Shown here piece by piece: positions 54,972 to 63,039 of a stretch of DNA of 63,039 nt; position 1 is the stretch's first letter, and each line of letters begins with the position of its first letter. Under the pieces are notes generated by a model. The model did not search any database. It was not told the origin of the DNA and was given only the letters and a program-made list of their open reading frames with translations. This DNA comes from an uncultured Muribaculaceae bacterium (GTDB taxonomy: Bacteria; Bacillota_I; Bacilli_A; RF39; UBA660): positions 1 through 63,039 of the forward strand of contig CAZJSD010000002.1 in NCBI GenBank assembly GCA_964548815.1, in the 5' to 3' direction. Position numbers and translations under genes: made by a program.

Positions 54972-56591
54972 CTAACTAAAGAAATCTCTTCTTGCTTCTT
55001 CCAATTCTCTTTTTCTTTCTCTTTTTAGTTTTCTCATTTCTTCTCTAGTTAATGGTCTATCCTCTATTTCTTGTTTTGATGTCTCATTAACCGGATTAAT
55101 CTTAGTTGTTTTTCCTTCTTTAATTTTCATTGTATTTGTTTTAGACAAATTTTCTTTTTTCTTTTCATCTATTTTGTTAGACTTTTCTTTAATCATTTCT
55201 TTTAGTTTTTCTTTTTCTTCTTCTATGTCTTCCTCATCCATAGTAGGAAATTCTTCTTTTTCTTTCTTTCCTCCTGTTTTAATAAATCTCTTAGTTTTCT
55301 TATTAACAGTATATAAAGAAATTATAATTATAAGCATGATTACTATAAGAGCAGCTAAACCAATTAGTGCTATCTCTAATTTTTTTATCAAAGATCTATA
55401 TATATCTACTTGTACACTATAGAATCTTTGAAATGTATTTTCTTCCATGTCATATAAATAGAAATTCTTTTGACCTGTTGTCATATTTAAAGCATATACC
55501 AATCTAAACTTAGAACCTAACTCTAAATAATAACCATCTACTATTTCATTATTTATCTCTATTTTACCTTTTTTATATCCATGAGGAACATCTTTCTTAT
55601 TTGGTTCTAATATTATTAATCTTAATCCACTAGATTTAAATTCAGAATATTTAGTGAATGTTCCATTCTTTTGATTATATATATACCAAGATGCATTACC
55701 ATGTTCATCTATTAACGCTACTAATAGATAACCTGTAAATGAATTAGAATATGCATCTACTTCTTCTTTTTCAATTACAATTGTTGTCTTAGTAAATCCT
55801 TCTGGAACTTTAAGTCCTATATCTTTCTTCGCAACTGTATACTTTTTCTTGTTGATAGTAATTTCAATAGGATTATTCTCTTTTCTAGTAACAGTTAATA
55901 TATATTTTCTAACTTCACCATTTTCCGCAGTTACTGATACTTCAAACTTATTAATTCCCTCTTTTAATTCTTTTTCACCAAGTCCTTCAACTGATGCTTT
56001 ATCATCTTCTAATTCACCTTTAATATTTATTTTATCTTTTTTACCATCTACAACAGCAGTATACTCCATTTTATCTTTATTAAATGCTGGAGATATCTTA
56101 ACTCCATCAATAGATAGTGTTTTTAAATAACTATTAGATGATTTATCTGGATCTACTTCTTTTGTATCATCATCGTCATCATTACTATAAGATGAACTAC
56201 TTCCTCCACCATTTGGTTTTGTTGCTTCTACTATACTTACTGTACATGTATCACTAGATGTTATTTCGTCATTTTCTGACGCAACATCTACATCATATAC
56301 ATAAAAACTAGCGCTTCCTGGATTTCCTGCGGTAAAATATATAGTTCTAGAAAAACTACTTACTTCTTCACCAGAAATAGTTAAACTTCCACTTGAATAT
56401 GATACGTTCCCATCTGAACCTATTTTACCAAACCATATAGGCGCTGGTCCTCCTATACTTCCGTAAAAAGTTACACCAAATGTTTCTCCTGATTCAACAG
56501 ATGAAGGAGCAGAACAATGAAATGAATCTGCATATATATTTATTGGAATCAATAGAAGTAATGTAATTAATATGTATTTTATTTTTTTCAT
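54972..56591 (-). CDS. Surface protein: signal peptide, beta-sandwich N-domain, cadherin-like beta-sandwich domain, C-terminal TM anchor and K/E-rich cytoplasmic tail
   Basis: The SYLKTLSIDGVKISPAFNKDKMEYTAVV...RKYILTVTRKE pattern is that of the bacterial cadherin-like domain. A TM helix lies at about aa 405-430. There is a D-rich linker (NDDDDD). Confidence 0.6.
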   Translation of the reverse strand: MKKIKYILITLLLLIPINIYADSFHCSAPSSVESGETFGVTFYGSIGGPAPIWFGKIGSDGNVSYSSGSLTISGEEVSSFSRTIYFTAGNPGSASFYVYDVDVASENDEITSSDTCTVSIVEATKPNGGGSSSSYSNDDDDDTKEVDPDKSSNSYLKTLSIDGVKISPAFNKDKMEYTAVVDGKKDKINIKGELEDDKASVEGLGEKELKEGINKFEVSVTAENGEVRKYILTVTRKENNPIEITINKKKYTVAKKDIGLKVPEGFTKTTIVIEKEEVDAYSNSFTGYLLVALIDEHGNASWYIYNQKNGTFTKYSEFKSSGLRLIILEPNKKDVPHGYKKGKIEINNEIVDGYYLELGSKFRLVYALNMTTGQKNFYLYDMEENTFQRFYSVQVDIYRSLIKKLEIALIGLAALIVIMLIIIISLYTVNKKTKRFIKTGGKKEKEEFPTMDEEDIEEEKEKLKEMIKEKSNKIDEKKKENLSKTNTMKIKEGKTTKINPVNETSKQEIEDRPLTREEMRKLKRERKRELEEARRDFFS

Positions 56592-56602
56592 TTTTCCACC
56601 CC

Positions 56603-58582
56603 TTACTGTTGTAATGTGCTTGAACCTAATATATGTGACTTAATCTTTGAAAAATCTTGCGCACTTATTTTTCCATCTTTATTTGTATCTGCAGCGCTAT
56701 TAAACGCTCCATTTAATGTTGTTGAACCTAATATATGTGATTTTACTTTTGAAAAGTCTTGTGCACTTATTTTTCCATCACCATTTGTATCTCCATAAAT
56801 AATAACATTATATGTTTTTGTATTTCCATTAATAGTTATAGATATCTTTTGACCTGTTGCTATCGAACCACTAGTTATTTCTTTATTACTAGAATTATAT
56901 ATTTTTACACTTATACCTGAAGCTTTAGATTTCAAATAATTAGAAACTTTACTTATGTCTTCACCTAAACTAAATCCTGTTAGGTTACTATTATCATTTT
57001 TATATCCAGAGGCACTAACTACATTGTCTGGTGTAGCTGTGCTTGGATCTACTTTTTCTTCTTCTTTTCTTGTTATAGTAACCGTATATGTTTTCTTAGA
57101 ACTATCTTCTGCAGTTACTTCAACATTTATAGTATTTGTTCCAACTTTTAAGTTTACTGTTCCAGTTCCATTTACTGTTGCTTTATCATGTGCTTTAGTC
57201 GCACTTACTGTTACAGAACTTACATTATAATCAACTGTTGCGTTATAAGTTGTGATACTTGAATTAAATGCTGGATTTAAAGTAACATTACTAATACTTA
57301 AACCATTTAAATTATTATTATTTGACTTAGTAGGAATATAACTTCCTCCACCCATATCTGAATAAACAGGTATTTTGAATGTATAACTATTATTTAATAA
57401 ATTATTATTAAAATATGATGAATATGTTGTATAACTTTCTTTATATGGAGCTTGTATATTTGCCATATATTGATGCCAGTATCTGCTTCCACCTACTATG
57501 TTAAATTTTTGATAATATAATGTATCTTGATTATTTGATATATATCCATCTGATATACCAGCAGCTCCTCCATTTATTGCTAAATACGGATTATTCCATC
57601 CATGAGATACTGCATAACTTAATGCATTACTTACTATTTCTGATGTTGTACTTCCTGATGCATTAAAATTAAAGTAATTATAATATGTTTGACCACCATA
57701 ACCCATCGCTGATGTAGCAGATCCATTTGTTCCTTGTTCTTGTAATACTCTCGCTGCTAAATGAACTGGATTAACATTATTATTTCTTCCTGCTTCCATA
57801 AATGCTCTTGCATATGTATAATTTTGTCCATTATAGTTAAATGATCCTGACATAAATGTTCCATTTAACATTGATTGAACATCACTTTCAGTAACATTTG
57901 AATTATATGATAATTGTTCAAACATAAATATACTATTATCATCTAAGAAATTTCTTGGATCCATATAATACTTTAATGTATCTTTACTAGGAGCATACCA
58001 ACCTGGTTCAAATTGAATATAACTTCCATTTGAATAAGCAGCACCATCAGTAGATAACTGATTAGTATTAGTTGTACTAATTAAGTTCTTATAAATTGGT
58101 GAATATTCTCCATTAACTGCATCAGTTAAACTAACACCTGTATTAGATACTTCAAAATTCCATTTAGGATGAATCGCATGCATTTTAGTTAAACTTTCAA
58201 CATAACTTTCTGGAAATCCTTTTGCTCTTAACGAATTTGCATAATTCTGATCTAAATTTACAGTTTGTTTGTTTCCTAAGTATTCTTGAAGAATATATCC
58301 TGTATAAGTAAATCCCCAATAATTCCATTTTATTTGAGCCCATGATCCAGAATAACCTATTACTTCCACTACTCTTGGTCTATAAAGCCATATTATTCCA
58401 CCTTCATCATGATATACTCTTCCACAACTTGTACTTGGACATGTTCTAGGTCCTAACTCAGTTGCGTCTATATATGCATATGTATATGTTGATGCCATTG
58501 CGTTTACTTTATCTGGAACAAATGGCAATACACAAGATAAAAGCATAACAAAACTCAAAAGATAAGTACTTATTTTTTTCAT
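56603..58582 (-). CDS. Secreted peptidoglycan hydrolase: SH3b-like, GH73-type glucosaminidase, cadherin-like domain, C-terminal dockerin
   Basis: Signal peptide and a central region with RAFMEAGRNNNVNPVHLAARVLQEQG (glucosaminidase-like). LNGLSISNVTLNPAFNSSITTYNATV...YTVTITRKE is cadherin-like. The duplicated DTNGDGKISAQDFSKVKSHILG / DTNKDGKISAQDFSKIKSHILG are dockerin Ca-binding repeats. Confidence 0.7.
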   Translation of the reverse strand: MKKISTYLLSFVMLLSCVLPFVPDKVNAMASTYTYAYIDATELGPRTCPSTSCGRVYHDEGGIIWLYRPRVVEVIGYSGSWAQIKWNYWGFTYTGYILQEYLGNKQTVNLDQNYANSLRAKGFPESYVESLTKMHAIHPKWNFEVSNTGVSLTDAVNGEYSPIYKNLISTTNTNQLSTDGAAYSNGSYIQFEPGWYAPSKDTLKYYMDPRNFLDDNSIFMFEQLSYNSNVTESDVQSMLNGTFMSGSFNYNGQNYTYARAFMEAGRNNNVNPVHLAARVLQEQGTNGSATSAMGYGGQTYYNYFNFNASGSTTSEIVSNALSYAVSHGWNNPYLAINGGAAGISDGYISNNQDTLYYQKFNIVGGSRYWHQYMANIQAPYKESYTTYSSYFNNNLLNNSYTFKIPVYSDMGGGSYIPTKSNNNNLNGLSISNVTLNPAFNSSITTYNATVDYNVSSVTVSATKAHDKATVNGTGTVNLKVGTNTINVEVTAEDSSKKTYTVTITRKEEEKVDPSTATPDNVVSASGYKNDNSNLTGFSLGEDISKVSNYLKSKASGISVKIYNSSNKEITSGSIATGQKISITINGNTKTYNVIIYGDTNGDGKISAQDFSKVKSHILGSTTLNGAFNSAADTNKDGKISAQDFSKIKSHILGSSTLQQ

Positions 58583-58677
58583 ATTACCACCGGTCCCTTC
58601 TTATTATCTAATTATATCAAAAAATACTACATATTTTTTATTTCGGCAAGAAAAAAATAATAAGGGATGTAAAGAAA

Positions 58678-58704
58678 TGTAAAAACAGATGATTAATCAT
58701 CTGT
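58678..58704 (-). terminator. Rho-independent terminator after the 602-aa membrane protein gene (stop codon in the loop)
   Basis: ACAGAUGA-UUAA-UCAUCUGU followed by UUUUAC. Confidence 0.65.
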
Positions 58705-60492
58705 CTTTTTCATTGTTATACCTATAAAGAATGGTACTAATATAAATATAGGATAAATATATCTAAATTCTGAATATACTGGAGAAAGAAATAATGATAC
58801 CCATAATATAATTGATGGAATATAATACTCTATCCTATTTTTATTTTTTATATTATATATTATTAATAATACTAATACTGTACAATAGAAACCAACATTA
58901 AAAAATACTGAAACAAAACTATTATCTTTTAAACTAAATGGAATAGATAATAAAACCGGAACTAATAATCCAAATAACAATATATTTTTCTTTTCTCTAA
59001 GATTCCATAATATAATTAAGAATATAATAGTTACTATTAATACAAGAAATAAGAAAATAAATATTGTATCTATATTTGAGTGTTTTATACCTAATTGATC
59101 TACTTTATCTAGTATTATGGAAGGATAATATGTATTCATATAATAATAACCATAATTATTTGAAATAAATGACTCTAGATATCTATTACTATGTTTAAAA
59201 AATAATTTCACATTTAATCCAATATAATCTAATTTGTGTTTATTAAAGAATTTTTTATTAAGTAAACCTTTAGTATTATCTGCGATTATTGGGTTATAAA
59301 CATCCCCTATCTTATTCGAATAAAAATTCTCTATTTGTTTTATCTCTTTTTTACTAAGTTTATCTTTATCACATTTATATATTCTAGATATTGATTGAGA
59401 CGGAAAAGATAAAGTTTCTCCTATTTCAAAATCATTAATATTTAAAGCATTAAAGATTATAAATTTCGAAATAAAGAAAACGAAAATAATACTTAAAAAT
59501 ATAGGTAATAGCTTTTTATAATTACTTCTATTCATTATAAATAATATAATTAATGTAATAATAACTACATATACTCCATTATTTCTTAAATACATTACTA
59601 ATAAAGATATAATTATAAATAAAATAATATTCTTCTTACTCTTAAAATAATCTTTATTATTTGAATAATAGTAAATTATTATTGAGAATAACGCAAAGGA
59701 TAATGAGAAAAAAATGTCTTTCCATAAACTAATACTATAGAAAATATTTATTGGATGAAAAGCAAAAAACATAAGTGATATTATTCTAATAATTATAGGT
59801 ACTTTATGTTTTGACATTAAGTGTAATACATAAGAAAATAATAAAGAAACTAAACTAATTTGAAATAAAGAATACAAGAATACTCCAATATTTATACTCT
59901 TAAATAACATTCCAAACTTTATAAATAAGGCCAAAATACCAGTATGTAAAATAGAATGATTATTCATTAAATGAATAATACCTTTAACCTGCATTATTTC
60001 ATTATATGAATCATATGTTAATATCCCAGGATAGAATTTAATCAAAAATAGTAACTCTACTACAAATATTAAAATAAAATTAACAAAGAAAGAAAACTTT
60101 GATGTTGTAAATATTTCTTTTTTTCCTATATATATTTTTCTCTCTTCATTTTCACTACTCTTATATTTATCAATTAAAGTGAATAAATTATTTATTAATA
60201 GATAAAAAATTATAAAATAACTAATTATATTTAGTAAAAAATATCTATTAATGAAACTAAAAGAATATGTTTTTTCTATCCCATCACATATTACATATAT
60301 AATAGATAAGACTATGCTTAATATGATACTTACTTTATTATATTTTTTATTAATTCTATTACACAAATAATTAATAATAAAATATGATATACCAAATACT
60401 ATTATTGACATTAACTGACTTATATTAAACTTTATACATATAAAAAAAGTAAGAATCAAAGATATCAATAAAGATATTATTTTTTTATTCAC
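58693..60492 (-). CDS. Large polytopic membrane protein of unknown function
   Basis: About 600 aa with more than 12 TM helices. The start is uncertain (GTG at 60492 behind AGAGGTG, or 60501). Confidence 0.5.
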   Translation of the reverse strand: MNKKIISLLISLILTFFICIKFNISQLMSIIVFGISYFIINYLCNRINKKYNKVSIILSIVLSIIYVICDGIEKTYSFSFINRYFLLNIISYFIIFYLLINNLFTLIDKYKSSENEERKIYIGKKEIFTTSKFSFFVNFILIFVVELLFLIKFYPGILTYDSYNEIMQVKGIIHLMNNHSILHTGILALFIKFGMLFKSINIGVFLYSLFQISLVSLLFSYVLHLMSKHKVPIIIRIISLMFFAFHPINIFYSISLWKDIFFSLSFALFSIIIYYYSNNKDYFKSKKNIILFIIISLLVMYLRNNGVYVVIITLIILFIMNRSNYKKLLPIFLSIIFVFFISKFIIFNALNINDFEIGETLSFPSQSISRIYKCDKDKLSKKEIKQIENFYSNKIGDVYNPIIADNTKGLLNKKFFNKHKLDYIGLNVKLFFKHSNRYLESFISNNYGYYYMNTYYPSIILDKVDQLGIKHSNIDTIFIFLFLVLIVTIIFLIILWNLREKKNILLFGLLVPVLLSIPFSLKDNSFVSVFFNVGFYCTVLVLLIIYNIKNKNRIEYYIPSIILWVSLFLSPVYSEFRYIYPIFILVPFFIGITMKKTDD

Positions 60493-60542
60493 TCTAAACA
60501 CCTCTTAGATTTATATTTTATTACAATTAATAATTCATTTCA

Positions 60543-60580
60543 AGAAAAAAATAAATATAACTTATTAATTATATTTATTT
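60543..60580 (-). terminator. AT-only terminator-like hairpin after srtB
   Basis: 11-bp A/U stem AAAUAAAUAUA / UAUAUUUAUUU followed by a U-run. Confidence 0.4.
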
Positions 60581-61390
60581 TTAATTCTTTTTGCTTTTTT
60601 TAATCAATTTTGCGTGTATTACTGTCTTCTCTGAATCAGAATAACATGTACTTAAAGTAAGGATTATATCATTTTCATTAAAATCAGTTTGAAAGTCATA
60701 TAAACTTCTACTCTTTAATGTATTTAAGAATCCTAGATACTCATTATTATCAGAAAAATATGTTGTTATATAATAACCTTCTGTTTTAATCTTATATACA
60801 GAAAATATTTGCCACAAAGAATTCTCTGTTTCTGTAGATATTCTTATTATATGATTATCTTTGTTATTATACCAATTTGGCTTTAATGCTTTACTTAATG
60901 AACCAAACATAGATTTATCTAATCTACTATGTCCATATATTATATTATTTCTATTATTGAAACTACTATCATTTCTATAATCCATAAAAATCCATCCAGC
61001 ATCATTATAAGTTTTATCAATAGAATGATTTAGATAATAGTCATTGTTATCTGTTTGTACAAAAGGATAATTAACATTAGTATTATTAACATTTATCCAA
61101 CCAACAATATCGCTATTTTTCTTTTTTAATTCACTTATATTTACATCTAATAAATTAAATTTTATATAATACCAATATGGATTATTCTTATCATCTACTT
61201 CTGATACTAAAATAGTATCTTTACTATCTTTTACTTCTTTGACATCCGCAAGATCATTTATCTTTTTAGAGTTTTCTTTAGTTTTTTTATTATCTTTCAT
61301 CCAATCAATAATTTTCATACCTGAAAAAATGATAATAAAAAATAGAATAAGTGTAATTATATTAGATATTTTTATTCTCTTCTTTTTCAT
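60581..61390 (-). CDS. srtB: Class B sortase
   Basis: N-terminal TM anchor, VQTDNNDYYLNH block, YGHS and catalytic TLSTCY motif. The 269-aa length is typical of SrtB. Confidence 0.8.
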   Translation of the reverse strand: MKKKRIKISNIITLILFFIIIFSGMKIIDWMKDNKKTKENSKKINDLADVKEVKDSKDTILVSEVDDKNNPYWYYIKFNLLDVNISELKKKNSDIVGWINVNNTNVNYPFVQTDNNDYYLNHSIDKTYNDAGWIFMDYRNDSSFNNRNNIIYGHSRLDKSMFGSLSKALKPNWYNNKDNHIIRISTETENSLWQIFSVYKIKTEGYYITTYFSDNNEYLGFLNTLKSRSLYDFQTDFNENDIILTLSTCYSDSEKTVIHAKLIKKSKKN

Positions 61391-61427
61391 ATTTTCTCCA
61401 TCTTTATTATTACATAAAAATTATAGC

Positions 61428-61455
61428 ATAAAAAAAGACTATATTAAATAGTCTT
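61428..61455 (-). terminator. Rho-independent terminator after the beta-helix surface protein gene
   Basis: AAGACUAU-UUAAU-AUAGUCUU followed by U6. The stop codon lies in the stem. Confidence 0.7.
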
Positions 61456-62863
61456 AATTATTTTTAATTACTTTTTTACCAATAATACCAATTACTGAAA
61501 CTGATAATAATGATATATAAATAAAGATTGGGTCAAATGTTTTTGGAACATCAACTGTCTTTTGAACATCTTCATATGCTAATGCATAAGTAGAGAATTC
61601 TCCTGACTTAAATGATACTGTACCATTTCCATTATCAGTTACATCTTTAATTAATGTAGCTTTTCCATTATGTACTCTTACCACATAATATTTTCTTGCA
61701 TATCCATCTTTTACTTTTGGTAAGTTTTCTGGAATTCCTAAAGTTACTGTTACTTCATCTGATTCAGACACTACACCTACAATATCTCCATCTGGAGTAA
61801 CTTTAACTAATAATACATCATAATAAGAAGCTAAATTATATTTATCTTTTATTATTTCTGCAATTTTAGCAGCATCTCCTTCATCAACAGATTCTTCTGG
61901 AACTATACCATTTATTACTTGATTTTTTAAATCTGATTCTTTTACTACTACATATTTACCGTCATTGTCTCCACCCATTACTTCATATGCATTATAGCCT
62001 TCTGGTATTGTGCCTTCTTCTGGTTCATCAGAATATACTCCACCTGTTAATTCTACAACTACGTTATCTCCCATAGTTTCAACAGCTTTTACTGCACCAT
62101 TTAATTTTGCATCTGATGAAATCTTAGTAACCATTGTAGCCATTTCTGGGTAGTTAGCTTCCTTATCTACTACAATTGCACTTGCATTTACAAGTATGCC
62201 TGCATCACATGCTTTTCCTTTAATTCCTGGTGTTATTTCACTAGAATTAATTGTTCCTCCTGTTATATTTAGAGTTCCTGCTCTTTGAACAATACCTGGA
62301 CCATTTGTTGAATTAATTGTTCCTCCTGCAACATTAACAGTTCCTCTATTTGGATGATAAACACCACATGAAACAAAACCAGAAGTAGTTATATTACTTG
62401 TAATTGTTCCTCCATTAATATTAATTGTATAGTCCTTATACACTTCAGTATTAGAACCATTTCCTCCTACACCACAGTTATCTGATGTTACAATTGTTCC
62501 ACCATTCATTGTAAATGTAGAATTTTTTGCTACAAATACACCAAACTCTACTGATCTGATATTTCCGCTTTCTAATGTAAATGTAGAACCATTATCAACA
62601 ACAACACCATTATTATTGATACTCTCAATAGTTCCTTCACCTGTAACTGTTACATTTGCGCCATTAACCACACGCAAAGCACCATTTGCTGGAGCAGTGA
62701 TACTATGTCCATTTAAATTGATTGTCGCATTAGCACCATCTACTACAACTTGTTCATTAATATCTTCTTCTAATGTATAATCACTAGTTATTGATAATGC
62801 ATTAGCTTTTGATACTCCAAACACAAATAATAACATTAAAAATATCATTATCTTTTTTTTCAT
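61454..62863 (-). CDS. Secreted beta-helix-repeat surface protein with C-terminal sorting-signal-like tail (candidate SrtB substrate)
   Basis: Signal peptide, repeated (N/A/T)GGTI-x-S segments, and the tail VPKTFD followed by a hydrophobic helix and KKVIKNN. Confidence 0.6.
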   Translation of the reverse strand: MKKKIMIFLMLLFVFGVSKANALSITSDYTLEEDINEQVVVDGANATINLNGHSITAPANGALRVVNGANVTVTGEGTIESINNNGVVVDNGSTFTLESGNIRSVEFGVFVAKNSTFTMNGGTIVTSDNCGVGGNGSNTEVYKDYTININGGTITSNITTSGFVSCGVYHPNRGTVNVAGGTINSTNGPGIVQRAGTLNITGGTINSSEITPGIKGKACDAGILVNASAIVVDKEANYPEMATMVTKISSDAKLNGAVKAVETMGDNVVVELTGGVYSDEPEEGTIPEGYNAYEVMGGDNDGKYVVVKESDLKNQVINGIVPEESVDEGDAAKIAEIIKDKYNLASYYDVLLVKVTPDGDIVGVVSESDEVTVTLGIPENLPKVKDGYARKYYVVRVHNGKATLIKDVTDNGNGTVSFKSGEFSTYALAYEDVQKTVDVPKTFDPIFIYISLLSVSVIGIIGKKVIKNN

Positions 62864-62946
62864 ACTATTCCTCCTTTATTTTTCCCTAGTATTACCTTAA
62901 TAATAACATTAATATTTTTCAATTACAATAAGTTTTAATCATTTTA

Positions 62947-62977
62947 CACAAAAAAAAGAGTTATTGTAAACTCTTTG
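62947..62977 (-). terminator. Rho-independent terminator for a gene entering from beyond the right edge
   Basis: AAAGAGUU-UACAAU-AACUCUUU followed by U7 on the minus strand. Confidence 0.6.
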
Positions 62978-63038
62978 TAATATTAGGTTCTATAATATTT
63001 GATGGGGATAAAATATTCTCATCATTTTTTATTAAATA
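62961..63038 (-). CDS. Possible 3' end (25 codons plus stop) of a minus-strand gene truncated by the window edge
   Basis: The frame is open from the window edge to a TAA lying in the terminator loop (…NIIEPNITKSLQ*). It is too short to identify. Confidence 0.3.
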   Translation of the reverse strand, partial: YLIKNDENILSPSNIIEPNITKSLQ

Positions 63039-63039
63039 A

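Noticed and set aside
56616-56800. About 85-nt direct DNA repeat at the 3' end of the GH73 gene, considered as a possible mobile or intergenic repeat.
   Set aside because: It is simply the two duplicated dockerin Ca-binding segments, which are coding.
1-63039. Scan for tRNA/rRNA genes, CRISPR arrays, transposases, integrases, prophage or conjugation genes.
   Set aside because: I saw none. There are no T-loop GGTTCGAAT-type motifs in a tRNA context, no short regularly spaced repeats, and no recombinase-like ORFs. The only repeats are the peptide modules at the left edge and the intragenic coding repeats.

Overview
Very AT-rich chromosomal segment from a low-GC Gram-positive bacterium (Bacillota; gene content looks Clostridia- or Erysipelotrichia-like, taxon not determinable here). 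I count about 52 protein genes, and all but two (31346..32269 and spoVS) are on the minus strand. Many are separated by clear hairpin/U-tract terminators. Left to right: (1) two tandem copies of a 188-bp module, each encoding a 30-aa hydrophobic peptide behind a perfectly conserved leader that can sequester its own Shine-Dalgarno (candidate type I toxin-antitoxin-like modules); (2) parE-parC; (3) a ~22-kb cell-wall glycopolymer locus (nucleotidyltransferase, SGNH hydrolase, galE, ugd, UDP-glucuronate 4-epimerase, TagGH-type ABC exporter, several GT2/GT4 enzymes, GtrA/GtrB plus large polytopic membrane proteins, an O-acyltransferase, a TupA-like ATP-grasp enzyme) with two embedded GH25 muramidases carrying cell-wall-binding repeats; (4) a Leu T-box leader driving a small membrane protein plus leuS; (5) housekeeping genes (radical SAM, ZIP transporter, tlyA, fhs); (6) a Fic protein with a non-canonical motif, spoVS, and a yolD/Y-family polymerase pair; (7) a pared-down type VIIb secretion locus (esaB, three WXG100 genes, two atypical large WXG-containing proteins, separately promoted essC) with no essA/essB/esaA in the window; (8) RNA-modification and hydrolase genes; (9) a second glycan locus (rfbA, DUF1972-type GT, GT2, a fused O-antigen-polymerase-like/GT4 protein); (10) a surface-protein cluster (cadherin-like membrane protein, SH3b-GH73-cadherin-like-dockerin hydrolase, polytopic membrane protein, class B sortase and a beta-helix substrate with an unusual VPKTF tail). 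I recognised no rRNA, tRNA, CRISPR array, transposase or integrase. The most interesting items are the small-peptide modules at the left edge, the minimal T7SS with odd substrates, and the dockerin-bearing peptidoglycan hydrolase with its sortase B neighbourhood. All family calls rest on motifs read by eye; no database search was run.
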